From: an uncultured Dehalococcoidia bacterium
GTDB taxonomy: Bacteria > Chloroflexota > Dehalococcoidia > Lucifugimonadales > UBA3495
Length of the DNA: 64,000 nucleotides
Assembly: GCA_950072105.1 (NCBI GenBank)
Contig: CATMOE010000001.1
Span: 1-64,000 of the forward strand
Reading direction: 5' to 3'
The translations under genes and the position numbers were made by a program. Positions 9,318 through 19,463 of this stretch are shown here, piece after piece (positions within the stretch are counted from its first letter, which is position 1; every line of letters begins with the position of its first letter). Below the pieces are notes generated by a model. That model was given only the letters and a program-made list of their open reading frames with translations, was not told the DNA's origin and did not search any database.

Positions 9318-10232
9318 TTATCTAGCCCGCCTTTGTCCCCGCCTCCCACTTTCCGCATCTTGCGTTGGCTTTACGAACTTAGCTTTGAACACCACTAAGG
9401 GTATCGCTACCGCCATCACGATCAGGGCGATGATCTGCGCCTGGTTCAACACGTCGAAGTAGGGTATCTGCTCCACGCGAAGGAAGCTCAAGAAGAACCT
9501 GCCCATCGAATACAGGCCCCCATACAGCACGAAGTACATTCCGTGGGGGCGCAACCGGTTGCGCAACGGCCAGATAGCAGCCAGCAATAGAAGATCGAAG
9601 ATCAACTCATACGCCACCGCCGGATGGGATGCTGGCTGTTGGTAGCCAGGGCTGGACGGGTTAGTGTAAATGAAGCCCCAGGCTAGATTGGTGGCCTTGG
9701 CAAAGTGCTCCCCGTTAATTATGTCTCCAACTCTGCCGATGGCCATGGATATCAGCAACGCCGGGGTGGTGATATCGACCATTAACCCGATCGGTGGCAG
9801 TGGAGCTTTGTTCGGTTCCCCCAGGAAAGGCATCACTTTGTATACCGAACCCCACATCGCCAAAAACCGGTCCGAGTTTCGGATGATGACATACAATGCG
9901 CCGCCGGCGAATCCGCCTAATATTCCGCCATAGATCGCGATGCCTCCTTGCCAAACGTACAACAGCCTGATCGGGTCGTGCTGGTAGATCGGACCCCAGA
10001 AGTCGATTATGTGGACTATCCGCGCCCCCAGGATACCGCCGATGATCGCCCAAACCGAGATCGAATATATGGCATCTGCCGACAGGCCCTGCTTGGTGCC
10101 CCAACGGACCGCCAGGTACACCGAAGTGGCCACGGCTACAAAGGTGAAAAATCCGTGCCAGGCCAGGATAAATGGGCCGAATTCGATGATGTTGGGACCG
10201 AATGGGATGGATATGGCGGCAAGGGTATACAT
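9318..10232 (-). CDS. lgt: Prolipoprotein diacylglyceryl transferase
   Basis: GILGAR, WQGGIAIYGG, IGRVGDIINGE, HPAVAYE. Confidence 0.93.
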   Translation of the reverse strand: MYTLAAISIPFGPNIIEFGPFILAWHGFFTFVAVATSVYLAVRWGTKQGLSADAIYSISVWAIIGGILGARIVHIIDFWGPIYQHDPIRLLYVWQGGIAIYGGILGGFAGGALYVIIRNSDRFLAMWGSVYKVMPFLGEPNKAPLPPIGLMVDITTPALLISMAIGRVGDIINGEHFAKATNLAWGFIYTNPSSPGYQQPASHPAVAYELIFDLLLLAAIWPLRNRLRPHGMYFVLYGGLYSMGRFFLSFLRVEQIPYFDVLNQAQIIALIVMAVAIPLVVFKAKFVKPTQDAESGRRGQRRAR

Positions 10233-10296
10233 GTTCTAGCTCACTATAATCTTAGGATTGAGATTTTCAGTCGGATACTCCCGGCGCTGAGCCGAG

Positions 10297-11133
10297 TCAG
10301 ATCGTGTGTACAAGGTATACCCGAGCGCTAGAATGTTGCAAGGCGTGGGACACCCTCTGATATTCATCTTCACTGGAAGGAAGGAAATACAACGCTGGGC
10401 CCGCGCCCGACAAGTGGACTTCCGCACCGGTTGCCGACTCGACCTTCAGGCGTAGATCGTCCAACTCCGGAAACTCCTGAAATGCCACATGCTCGAAAAC
10501 GTTATATTGCATATCTGGTACGAATTCGTCACCACCCAGGATCTCTTCAAGCCGGCTGGTCCGCTCCCCGTCACTGTAATGCCCGGACGTTAGACGTGAA
10601 AACATTCTCGATGTCTTGTCCAGAAACGTCGCGGTTGGGCAGATCAGCGTCACCGGGACCGATGGCAAAGGATGAATCGGAGTGACCAATTCCCCCCGGC
10701 CGGCCGTGGATGCAGTTCCACCCGCCAAAAAGAAGGCCACGTCGGAACCCAAACTCGCCGCTATTCCCGACAGTTCCAAAATGGACAAGTTAAGCTGCCA
10801 GAGTTGATTCAGCGCTATCAGTGTGGCCGCCGCGTCGCTGCTTCCTCCTCCCAAACCCATCGCCACCGGAATATGTTTCTCCAGATGTATATACGCTCGG
10901 GGCTGTATGTTGCGGCTCTTAGCCAGCCTAACGGCGGCTTGCCAAACAAGGTTAGCTTCGCCGTTGAGGGAAGAGTCATCGCATTGAAGATGAAGCCCCG
11001 ATGCCGGATGGAAAGTAAGGCGATCCGCCAAGTCGATGGTTTGGAGCACTGTTCTTATTTCATGGAACCCGTCGGGCCGCCGGCCCAGCACCTCCAAGAC
11101 GAGATTCAGCTTAGCGTAAGCCGGAACTTCCAC
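10297..11133 (-). CDS. ispE: 4-diphosphocytidyl-2-C-methyl-D-erythritol kinase
   Basis: AYAKLNL, KHIPVAMGLGGGSSDAA, LGSDV, LSGAGP; GTG 11133 just after the rsmA stop. Confidence 0.95.
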   Translation of the reverse strand: MEVPAYAKLNLVLEVLGRRPDGFHEIRTVLQTIDLADRLTFHPASGLHLQCDDSSLNGEANLVWQAAVRLAKSRNIQPRAYIHLEKHIPVAMGLGGGSSDAAATLIALNQLWQLNLSILELSGIAASLGSDVAFFLAGGTASTAGRGELVTPIHPLPSVPVTLICPTATFLDKTSRMFSRLTSGHYSDGERTSRLEEILGGDEFVPDMQYNVFEHVAFQEFPELDDLRLKVESATGAEVHLSGAGPALYFLPSSEDEYQRVSHALQHSSARVYLVHTI

Positions 11134-11135
11134 GA

Positions 11136-12050
11136 TTATGCCGCTCCCCGGATCCGCTCCTCCCAGCCTCTGTAGATCAACCCCCACTCGTCCAGAGTCA
11201 AAGTCTCGGCCCGCCGCCGGCCGTCCAACTCCAAGTCCTCCAAGAGTTCTCCAACTGTCGTGGGATGAACGCCCAAACCGTGGCTCAAGGAGTTTCGCAG
11301 TTGTTTCCGCTTGGCGGAGAAACCGGCGCGGACCACTTGAAAGAAGGCTGATTCATCGGCTACAGCCACCGCGGGCTGAGACCTAACGTCGAGCCGTACT
11401 ACCGATGAATTCACCGACGGAGGCGGACGAAAAGATCGGGGAGGGACGTGGCACACGAGGGACGGTTTAGCATAGTACTGGGTTGCGACCGATAAGATGC
11501 TCATTCCACCGGGTTTCGCCAGCATGGAGCGCCCAACTTCTTGCTGGACCATCACCACCAGCAACTCCGGTTTTGGCGCGGCCTCGAGTAGCCGGCGGAT
11601 TATCGGGTTGGCGGCGTAGTAAGGGAGATTGGCCGCCACTTTGTAGGGCTTATCCTCGCCCACCAAAGGCGCCAGATCTATCGACCGGGCGTCGCCGTGG
11701 ACTACTTCCAGGTTAGAGGGATGGTCGAGACGCGCCGGCAATTCAGCGGCGAGCACCCGGTCCATCTCCACCGCCACCACCCGGCCGGCCCGCTGAACTA
11801 ACCGGCGGGTCAACACACCCCGTCCGGGTCCGATCTCCAATACCTGGTCTTCGGGAACAAGCTCCGCCGCGGCGACGATTCGGTTGAGGATCCGGGAGTC
11901 GGTCAGAAAGTGCTGGCCAAGGGCCTTGCGGTGTCCTGACCTGGATGGTCTGGTTGTGGAATCACTGTCCCAGGGCTGATCGATGGCATCTAGCGCGGGA
12001 CCGTCATCATCTTGGTTAGAGACCGCGCACCTCTCTTCGACGCTGGCCAC
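11136..12050 (-). CDS. rsmA: 16S rRNA adenine dimethyltransferase (start uncertain)
   Basis: KALGQHFL, LEIGPGRG, ANLPY, FRPPPSVNS, KRKQLRN. Confidence 0.95.
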   Translation of the reverse strand: MASVEERCAVSNQDDDGPALDAIDQPWDSDSTTRPSRSGHRKALGQHFLTDSRILNRIVAAAELVPEDQVLEIGPGRGVLTRRLVQRAGRVVAVEMDRVLAAELPARLDHPSNLEVVHGDARSIDLAPLVGEDKPYKVAANLPYYAANPIIRRLLEAAPKPELLVVMVQQEVGRSMLAKPGGMSILSVATQYYAKPSLVCHVPPRSFRPPPSVNSSVVRLDVRSQPAVAVADESAFFQVVRAGFSAKRKQLRNSLSHGLGVHPTTVGELLEDLELDGRRRAETLTLDEWGLIYRGWEERIRGAA

Positions 12051-12287
12051 TAGGCATGTTCCGGACGGTGACTCGGGTCAGGCGCTCCCACGGCACCCGC
12101 AGAGCACTGTTTACCGTTGCTCCTTCCGGCCTGGCGGAGTTCGCAGGTCTGCGCCGCGTGGGACCCAACCTTCAACATCATCTATCCGAAATATTGGCCT
12201 AATGGTCATGCCTGGGAGAGGCATTCAACCCCGCTATAGCGGATTGCGGGTACAAGGCACCGCTAACTCCCCGTCTAGCGCGGTCTC
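12019..12287 (-). ncRNA. ffs: Signal recognition particle RNA, large (Alu-containing) bacterial type
   Basis: GAGACCGCGC...GCGCGGTCTC terminal helix; Alu domain GGGGAGTTAGCGGTGCCTTGTACCCGCAATCCGC; S domain GCCAGGCCGGAAGGAGCAAC, resembling Bacillus scRNA. Confidence 0.93.
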
Positions 12288-12293
12288 GCTATA

Positions 12294-12322
12294 ATGTTAG
12301 GCTAGCCCTAGCACCGTGTCAA
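12294..12322 (-). promoter_or_regulatory. Sigma70-type promoter of ffs
   Basis: TTGACA-17 nt-TAACAT, 6 nt before the RNA 5' end. Confidence 0.8.
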
Positions 12323-12444
12323 ACACCGATATAGCGCCGATCGTAGAAAAGTGTGTGGTTTAGCCTTGCCCAGCCAAACCCCGGCCGGTCGCGTTGTCCC
12401 TTACCCAGCCCGGTGTTAGAATTAGCCCGCTCCAGGAGCGCTAC

Positions 12445-13311
12445 ATGAAAGTTAGGACCGCCGTTATTCCCGCCGCCGGATTGGGCAGCAGATTTCTGCC
12501 GGTAACCAAGTCGGTGCCCAAGGAACTCCTGCCCATTCTGGACAAGCCGATGCTTCAGTACGTGGTCGAAGAGGCTGCGGAGGCCGGGATAGAACGGGTC
12601 ATCGTCGTCACCTCCAGAGGCAAGGAATCCATCGCTGCCTACTTCCAAGCGATGCCGGATCTAGAGGAGCGTCTGGCCGATTCCGGCGCCACTGCATTGG
12701 CGGCGAAGGTTAGGGCCGCTGCGGAACTAGCCCAGGTGTCTTTTGTAATCCAGGAACAGCCGTTGGGTTTAGGGCATGCCGTCTTGACCGCGGAAGAAGC
12801 GGTGGCCGGAGAACCTTTCGTTGTAATACTGCCCGATGACATCATCGCCCATAGCCCCGGCGTCGTCGCACAGATGCTGAAGGTGCACGAAAACACCGGG
12901 GGCGGCGTGGTGGCCGTCGAGCCGATGCCATGGGAACGGGTCCATAACTACGGAGTGGTGGACGCGACTCCCGTGAACGACCGAGTTCATCAGATCCATG
13001 GGCTTGTGGAAAAACCCTCCCGCCAAGAAGCCCCTTCCAACCTAACCATCGTCGGACGCTATATTCTACCGCCGGAGATCTTCGATCATTTAAGGCGGAC
13101 TCCGCCGGGAACCAACGGCGAGATTCAGTTGACCGACGCCCTGCTGCTCCTATTGGAGCATTACGAACTTTACGCTTACGAGTTTTTGGGTACGCGCTAT
13201 GACGGAGGAACTCCCTTGGGCTTATTGCGGGCGTCGTTGGAGTTTGGTCTGGCGCGGGAGGACACCCGCCAGGAAGTTCTGGCACTGTTGAAGACGCTGC
13301 AGCCGGAGTGA
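12445..13311 (+). CDS. galU: UTP--glucose-1-phosphate uridylyltransferase
   Basis: AVIPAAGLGSRFLPVTKSVPKELLP, QPLGLGHA, LVEKP, GEIQLTDA. Confidence 0.95.
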   Translation: MKVRTAVIPAAGLGSRFLPVTKSVPKELLPILDKPMLQYVVEEAAEAGIERVIVVTSRGKESIAAYFQAMPDLEERLADSGATALAAKVRAAAELAQVSFVIQEQPLGLGHAVLTAEEAVAGEPFVVILPDDIIAHSPGVVAQMLKVHENTGGGVVAVEPMPWERVHNYGVVDATPVNDRVHQIHGLVEKPSRQEAPSNLTIVGRYILPPEIFDHLRRTPPGTNGEIQLTDALLLLLEHYELYAYEFLGTRYDGGTPLGLLRASLEFGLAREDTRQEVLALLKTLQPE

Positions 13312-13369
13312 CCCAGCCCAAGGCCGGGCGCTTTTTCGATGCCGGCGAGCTCAGATCACGGGGGGAATA

Positions 13370-13831
13370 TTGTTTCAGTTCATTTTAGCCATCCACATCC
13401 TAGCGTCGGTCATCTTTTTAGGGAATCTGATCACGACGGCGTTCTGGAAAGTACGCGCCGACCGCTCTGGCAACCTTGAAAATATGGCTATGACGTCCCG
13501 GAGCGTTCTTTTCGCGGACTACGTGTTTACCGGCCCCGGCATAGCGACTCTGCTTGTGACCGGAATCCTGCTGGCTGGGCTCAGTGGCTGGGAGCGGTTC
13601 CAGGAGCCTTGGCTAGGTATATCTTTGATGCTGTTGCTCGTCACCGCGTTCATCTGGGCCGGTGTGTTGATTCCTCTCCAATTGCGCATGGTCAGACTGT
13701 CCCAAGAAGGATTGGCCGCCGGCTCGCTGGACCCCGCTTATACCCGCACCAGCAAGCGCTGGTCGATGTTCGGGGGTATCGCCACGCTGCTGCCTATCGT
13801 CATCCTGTTCCTCATGGTCCTGCGCCCGTGA
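13370..13831 (+). CDS. DUF2269-like membrane protein
   Basis: HILASVIFLG, DYVFTGPG, C-terminal LMVLRP; four TM segments. Confidence 0.75.
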   Translation: MFQFILAIHILASVIFLGNLITTAFWKVRADRSGNLENMAMTSRSVLFADYVFTGPGIATLLVTGILLAGLSGWERFQEPWLGISLMLLLVTAFIWAGVLIPLQLRMVRLSQEGLAAGSLDPAYTRTSKRWSMFGGIATLLPIVILFLMVLRP

Positions 13832-14322
13832 CCAGCCTCAGAGACCGCCATCTGGCAACGGCCCATAGTATCAGGGCCGAGCTGTTGGAACTACTTGAGG
13901 GAATGGACTATTGCCTGGACTGGAAACCCGAGCCTTCCGTTTGGTGTGTCCGGGAAATCGTCTGCCACCTACTGGATACTCCGCCCGGCGGCATCTATTC
14001 CATCGTGCGGGGGATCCTATCGGGAGAACTGGAAGAGTATGACATTTGGGCCGACAGGACCAACATGACACCGGAAAAGCAAGCCAAGGACATGGCACAG
14101 TTGCTGGATGAAATCAACACCCTGTTTCAAGAGTTAGAGCAGGCTTTGGGATCGGCGACCGATGACGACTTGGCCGGCAAACCGGTTCTGGCGCATCTCA
14201 AAAGCCGGGGAGTCGACGAACAGCGAACCGCAGATATGCTGCTGGAGCGGGGATTTAACGGACACTGGCGGGAGCACATGAACCAAATCGGTGATCTAAG
14301 AGCCTCGCTGGGATTTTCCTGA
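13828..14322 (+). CDS. DinB-family protein
   Basis: WCVREIVCHL and HWREHMNQI motifs; GTG start overlaps the upstream TGA. Confidence 0.8.
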   Translation: MTSLRDRHLATAHSIRAELLELLEGMDYCLDWKPEPSVWCVREIVCHLLDTPPGGIYSIVRGILSGELEEYDIWADRTNMTPEKQAKDMAQLLDEINTLFQELEQALGSATDDDLAGKPVLAHLKSRGVDEQRTADMLLERGFNGHWREHMNQIGDLRASLGFS

Positions 14323-14323
14323 A

Positions 14324-16171
14324 TCAGGCGTCCGTGCCGATCTTAAGCAGGGTCAGGAAAGCTTCCTGCGGAACCTCTACCCGGCCAACCATCTTCATCC
14401 GGCGCTTTCCTTCCTTTTGCTTCTCTAACAGCTTCCGTTTCCGGGTGATGTCCCCTCCATAGCACTTGGCGAGCACGTCCTTGCGCATGGCCCGAATGGT
14501 TTCCCTTGCGATGATTCGGCTGCCGATGGCCGCTTGGAGAGGGACCTCAAACATTTGCCGGGGAATGGCCGCCTTCAGCCTCTGAATAACCTCTCGGCCG
14601 TGGCTAACGGCTTGGTCCCGGTGGAGTATCATCGCCAGCGCTTCAAGCGGCTGCTGATTGACCAACACGTCTACTTTTACCAACGAAGCGGCCTCGTATC
14701 CTTTAAGAGTGTAGTCCATCGAGGCATATCCCTGGGTACGGGACTTGAGTTGGTTGTAGAAATCGGCCAGCAACTCTACCAACGGCAGCGTGTATTCCAT
14801 GACGACCCGAGACTGGGCCGTATCTGAATCCACGCCTTCGCGCTGGACCATGCCACCCTGGATATAGTCCATTCTTTTGAATTCGGACCGCCGGGAGTGC
14901 ATCAACTCCATAATGACGCCGACGTAACGGTCGGGGGCAACGATAGTCAGGTCCAATACCGGCTCCCTTATTTCCTTAACTTCATGGGGAGGCGGAAGCT
15001 TGGAAGGATTGTCGATATTCGTAATTTCTCCGGTGGGGGAAACCACCTGATAGGATACGCTGGGGGAAGTCACAATGATGTCCAGGTCGTATTCCCGTTC
15101 CAGACGTTCCTGCACTATCTCCATGTGCATCAGTCCCAAAAATCCGCAGCGGAAACCAAACCCTAAAGCCGTGCTGTTTTCCGGCTCGATTCTTAACGAG
15201 GCATCGTTCAGCTGCAACTTCTCCAGAGATGTTCTCAGCCTGTTATGATCTTCGCCGTCGGAAGGATAGAGTCCGGCAAACACCATCGACTGCAGGGGCA
15301 GATAGCCCGGCAAGGGCTCCTTGGCCGGCTTGCTGTTACTTGTAAGAGTGTCGCCCACACTGCAATCCCGGACATCCTTGAAACCGGTGGCGACATAGCC
15401 CACCTGACCCGCATAAATGGTGTCCACGGTTTTGGGGAAAGGCGCGAATACGCCCACTTCCAAGATTTCAGCCACTTTACCCGAGGACATGACTTTTAGA
15501 CGTTGATCCCGGGAGAGTTGGCCGTCTTGCACGCGGACGTGCGCGATGATTCCTTTATAGGAATCGTAGACCGAATCGAATACAAGCGCCCTCAAAGGAT
15601 CCTTTGAGATTCCCTTGGGGTGAGGGATGCGGGCCACCACGGCATCGAGGATCTCCCGGGCTCCGGTGCCTTCTTTGGCGGAGACGTAGAGTATTTCATC
15701 TTCGCGGAAGCCGAACACCTGCTGGATTTCGCTGGCCACCCGATTGGGCTCGGCTTGAGGCAGGTCTACCTTGTTCACCACCGGAATCAGTTCCAGGTCG
15801 TAGTGCATTGCCAACAAAGCATTGGCGATGGTTTGGGCCTCAACTCCTTGGCTGGCGTCCACCACCAACAAGGCGCCCTCGGCGGCGGCCATAGCCCGTG
15901 ATACTTCATAGCTGAAATCCACGTGGCCGGGGGTGTCGATAAGGTTTAACTGATATACGACATCGTCCGGGGCGCGGTGGTACATGGCCACCGCTTTACC
16001 CTTGATGGTGATGCCCCGCTCGCGCTCCAGGTCCATCTGGTCTAGGAACTGGGACTTCATGTCCTCGGCGCGGACTGTCCCGGTGAGCTCCAGAAAGCGA
16101 TCAGCCAGCGTCGACTTACCGTGGTCGATGTGGGCTATGATGCAGAAATTTCGTATTAGTTCTGGGTCCAT
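14324..16171 (-). CDS. lepA: Elongation factor 4
   Basis: IAHIDHGKSTLADR, DTPGHVDF, KCYGGDITRKRKLL. Confidence 0.98.
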   Translation of the reverse strand: MDPELIRNFCIIAHIDHGKSTLADRFLELTGTVRAEDMKSQFLDQMDLERERGITIKGKAVAMYHRAPDDVVYQLNLIDTPGHVDFSYEVSRAMAAAEGALLVVDASQGVEAQTIANALLAMHYDLELIPVVNKVDLPQAEPNRVASEIQQVFGFREDEILYVSAKEGTGAREILDAVVARIPHPKGISKDPLRALVFDSVYDSYKGIIAHVRVQDGQLSRDQRLKVMSSGKVAEILEVGVFAPFPKTVDTIYAGQVGYVATGFKDVRDCSVGDTLTSNSKPAKEPLPGYLPLQSMVFAGLYPSDGEDHNRLRTSLEKLQLNDASLRIEPENSTALGFGFRCGFLGLMHMEIVQERLEREYDLDIIVTSPSVSYQVVSPTGEITNIDNPSKLPPPHEVKEIREPVLDLTIVAPDRYVGVIMELMHSRRSEFKRMDYIQGGMVQREGVDSDTAQSRVVMEYTLPLVELLADFYNQLKSRTQGYASMDYTLKGYEAASLVKVDVLVNQQPLEALAMILHRDQAVSHGREVIQRLKAAIPRQMFEVPLQAAIGSRIIARETIRAMRKDVLAKCYGGDITRKRKLLEKQKEGKRRMKMVGRVEVPQEAFLTLLKIGTDA

Positions 16172-16240
16172 GCACTATCGATGGTATCACGGGGGAAATA
16201 CAGCTACAAGGCTGGACGGGCAAGGTTCGAGGGCAAATGT

Positions 16241-16275
16241 TTAGGGGCGCCCCAATCGCATCTGGGCGCCCCTAA
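16241..16275. terminator. GC-rich hairpin (terminator or REP-like)
   Basis: TTAGGGGCGCCC...GGGCGCCCCTAA 12-bp inverted repeat downstream of oppF. Confidence 0.55.
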
Positions 16276-16306
16276 TCGGAATCACAAGATAACGCGCTTA
16301 ACTTGG

Positions 16307-17350
16307 TTAGAAAGCGCCGTACCCGTCGGCCCTGATGCAGGCTGCCCAATGGTTGGGCTCTACTTCCTGCAACTCGGGGAACACCTGACTGCACTCGTCG
16401 ATGGAGACGGGGCAGCGTGGGTGGAATACGCATCCGGATGGCGGGTTCAAGGGGCTAGGGACCTCACCGGTCAACAAGACTCTTTCCCGTTGGGCGTCGA
16501 TAACCGGGTCAGGTATCGGTACCGCGGACAGGAGGGCCTTGGTATAAGGATGGATGGGGTTGACGTAAATCTCATTCCGGTCCGCCATCTCCACGATGTG
16601 GCCCAAGTACATCACGCCGACACGGTCGCTGATGTGACGGACTACGGACAGGTCGTGGGCGATGAAGAGGTAGGTAAGGTTGAACTCATTCTGAAGGTCT
16701 TCCAAGAGGTTAACGATCTGGGCTTGAATGGACACGTCAAGAGCGGAGACAGGCTCATCGGCAACGATAAACTTGGGGCTCACCGACAGTGCCCTGGCCA
16801 CTCCGATTCTTTGACGCTGTCCGCCGCTAAACTCATGGGGGAACCGGTCCGCCATGTATGGGTTCAGACCGACATTTTGTAAGAGACTAGCGACGCGTTC
16901 GCGGTACTCGGCTTTGCTATCCACCAATCCGTGAACTACCAAAGGCTCGCCGACGATATTGCCGGCGGTCATTCGGGGGTTCAACGAACTGTAAGGGTCC
17001 TGGAAGATTACCTGCATCTCCCGCCGCATCGACCTCAATTCCCGGGAACCCATGCCCATCAATTCGCGGCCGTCAAAGGTGATGGATCCTGCGGTAGGCT
17101 TGTAAAGCTGGAGGATGCACCGGCCGGTGGTTGTCTTTCCGCATCCGCTTTCCCCTACAAGTCCTAGGGTTTCACCCCTTTTTATCACAAAGCTAACGCC
17201 GTCGACGGCTTTGATGTTAGCCACGGTCCGTTGGAATAACATCCCCGAGCTCACGGGGAAGTACATCTTCAGATCCTTAACTTCGATCAAGTTTTCGGAT
17301 TCCGGCGCCGGAGCGCCTCCTTGGGGTTGAAGCTCTGGGGTTGTGGTCAT
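16307..17350 (-). CDS. oppF: Oligo/dipeptide ABC transporter ATPase
   Basis: [36 protein letters not shown]. Confidence 0.9.
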   Translation of the reverse strand: MTTTPELQPQGGAPAPESENLIEVKDLKMYFPVSSGMLFQRTVANIKAVDGVSFVIKRGETLGLVGESGCGKTTTGRCILQLYKPTAGSITFDGRELMGMGSRELRSMRREMQVIFQDPYSSLNPRMTAGNIVGEPLVVHGLVDSKAEYRERVASLLQNVGLNPYMADRFPHEFSGGQRQRIGVARALSVSPKFIVADEPVSALDVSIQAQIVNLLEDLQNEFNLTYLFIAHDLSVVRHISDRVGVMYLGHIVEMADRNEIYVNPIHPYTKALLSAVPIPDPVIDAQRERVLLTGEVPSPLNPPSGCVFHPRCPVSIDECSQVFPELQEVEPNHWAACIRADGYGAF

Positions 17351-17352
17351 AC

Positions 17353-18480
17353 CTAACCGTCCTCTCCTGGCTGGTTCTCTTCGGACGCCACCGCTTCGGA
17401 CGCAACGGGTTCAGGCGCGGATTCTGCTTCGGCGTCAGTCCCAAATCGCCGCGCTTCGTCGGCCACGACTTCCTTTATAAGGTCTCCTAACTCCTCGGCC
17501 CGGAAACAAGCGGACAGATGGCCCTCTCCCGCTGGGGCCAACTCGGGAATGTCTGTTGCGCACTTATCAATGGCCCAACGGCATCGCGCCCGGAAAGAGC
17601 ACCCTGGCGGCAGATTAACCAAGTCCGGGGGCTGTCCTTCAATGGGATCCAATCTCATTCGGCGCGGCAGGTCCAAACGGGGCACTGACCGGAGCAGACC
17701 CACGGTATAGGGGTGCCGGGGATTGGCATAGATTTCTCGAGCGGAGCCTCGCTCGATAATCTTGCCGGCATACATTATGTTCACCCGGTCGGCGTAGCGG
17801 GCCACCACACCCAGGTTGTGAGTGATGATTATCAAGGCCACGCCGAACTCGGTGGTCAGCGACTTCATCAACTCTAAGATCTGCGCCTGAATGGTCACGT
17901 CCAGCGCGGTAGTAGGCTCGTCGGCGATTATGAGCCTGGGGTTACAGCTAAGAGCCATGGCAATCATCACTCTTTGCCGCATTCCGCCGCTGAACTGGTG
18001 AGGATACTGTTTGATACGCTTGTCTGGATCAGGGATGCCCACCCTGGCGAGCAAGTCCACTCCTTCCCTTCGGGATTCGGCCCGGCTCATTCCCATGTGT
18101 AGCTCAAGGGTTTCGGTGATTTGCTTCTCAACCGTGAGCACAGGGTTCAGGGAGGTCATGGGTTCTTGGAACACCATGGCGATCTTGCCGCCTCTGATCC
18201 GGCGCATATCGTTCATGTCGATTTTCAGGATGTCCTCATCCTCGAACTGAACCTCGCCATTGATGATTCTTCCCGGTGGGTCGGGGATCAAACGCATCAC
18301 CGACAAGGCGCTGACGCTTTTCCCGCAGCCGCTTTCGCCAACCAACCCCAGCGTTTCTCCTTCTTCAAGTTCATAGGAAACGCCATCCACCGCCTTGACC
18401 ACGCCTTCATAGGTGAAGAAATAAGTTTGTAGGTCTTTTACCTCTAATATATTCGTCAATTGACGCTCCTCAACAACCAT
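17353..18480 (-). CDS. oppD: Oligo/dipeptide ABC transporter ATPase
   Basis: [31 protein letters not shown]. Confidence 0.9.
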   Translation of the reverse strand: MVVEERQLTNILEVKDLQTYFFTYEGVVKAVDGVSYELEEGETLGLVGESGCGKSVSALSVMRLIPDPPGRIINGEVQFEDEDILKIDMNDMRRIRGGKIAMVFQEPMTSLNPVLTVEKQITETLELHMGMSRAESRREGVDLLARVGIPDPDKRIKQYPHQFSGGMRQRVMIAMALSCNPRLIIADEPTTALDVTIQAQILELMKSLTTEFGVALIIITHNLGVVARYADRVNIMYAGKIIERGSAREIYANPRHPYTVGLLRSVPRLDLPRRMRLDPIEGQPPDLVNLPPGCSFRARCRWAIDKCATDIPELAPAGEGHLSACFRAEELGDLIKEVVADEARRFGTDAEAESAPEPVASEAVASEENQPGEDG

Positions 18481-18558
18481 TGGCCCTAGAATGTCTTTTA
18501 TTTGAGACTAAAGGGTTTTCGATTACTCCGGCTTTTGAACTCCCGGCGTCTCTGTCAC

Positions 18559-18643
18559 TGGTGGGGAAGGGGAGACTCGAACTCCCACGCCTTTCAGCAC
18601 ATGATCCTAAATCATGCTCGTCTACCAGTTCCGACACTTCCCC
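18559..18643 (-). tRNA. tRNA-Leu(TAG)
   Basis: GGGGAAG acceptor, CATGA-TTTAGGA-TCATG anticodon arm, long variable arm, GTTCGAG, encoded CCA. Confidence 0.95.
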
Positions 18644-18743
18644 GAGTGGGCCGGCGCACGATGTTTCACCAATTGACCTAACCACAGATTAGTACGAAAC
18701 ATGCGGAATCACGGGTAACTACACCTCTGTGGCGGGCCGAGGT

Positions 18744-18773
18744 ATTATATCTGACCCTTTGATTCATTGTCCA
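18744..18773 (-). promoter_or_regulatory. Promoter upstream of tRNA-Leu
   Basis: TGGACA-18 nt-TATAAT. Confidence 0.6.
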
Positions 18774-19124
18774 CCCATAAACAAAAGATACGGTTCGCCG
18801 CCTCATATTCAAGTAGTTGGACATCAATCGCCCAAACCTCAGCATACTCGACGGCAAGGCTTTGTGGTTGGGATAGCTGATTCCACGGAGTGGAGTCTAT
18901 CAAACACCTGGGCAATAGACGCGAACAACATGTTAGGACGACTATTTGTTCAAGGTCGTCCCGGCCAACCATGTGATGTAAACCCTGCCGTCGGCCACAA
19001 CCGCATCATGGTTGTGTTAGGCAATGCGGTGTGCCGGCTGATCCCGATTCCTTCCGATATAGGTGCCGGTGGTACTCTTAATAAACTCTGCGGAATTGGC
19101 CAGCCTTGCGATTAGGAGAGATCA

Positions 19125-19343
19125 ATGGCTGATGCATCGAACACTCACAAGGAAAGGGTGCGCCTCCTGCTCTGGGTCCTGGAAAACCTGGATAAAGCAC
19201 CCGGAGACGAATGGGCGGCTTACGAAAGCGAGATGGAATTGGCTCCGGAGCCGGTGCGGCTAGCGCACGCCAACGTTCTACGGGCGTGGGTCGACATGGG
19301 GCACTTGGAGTATGGGCCGTCATTTGGCAATAAATACAGCTGA
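19125..19343 (+). CDS. Small hypothetical protein
   Basis: 72 aa, AGGAGA RBS, intergenic, helical composition. Confidence 0.6.
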   Translation: MADASNTHKERVRLLLWVLENLDKAPGDEWAAYESEMELAPEPVRLAHANVLRAWVDMGHLEYGPSFGNKYS

Positions 19344-19463
19344 GGTTTGCGACATAGACGGGCGCCCGTTGAACGGAATTTTTCCTTTGGAGGGAAGACA
19401 TCCCGTGAGAAAGCCTCCAATGCCGCTTCGGATTTGCTTGGAGCGGGATCTCTTGAGAGTTGT

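Noticed and set aside
11983..12294. 103-aa ORF
   Set aside because: Antisense to the SRP RNA.
16181..16882. 233-aa plus-strand ORF and similar long shadow ORFs (e.g. 27848-28465, 48806-49525)
   Set aside because: Antisense or off-frame overlaps of conserved genes, expected at this GC content.
18729..19115. ORFs upstream of tRNA-Leu
   Set aside because: No RBS or motif, and they overlap the tRNA promoter.
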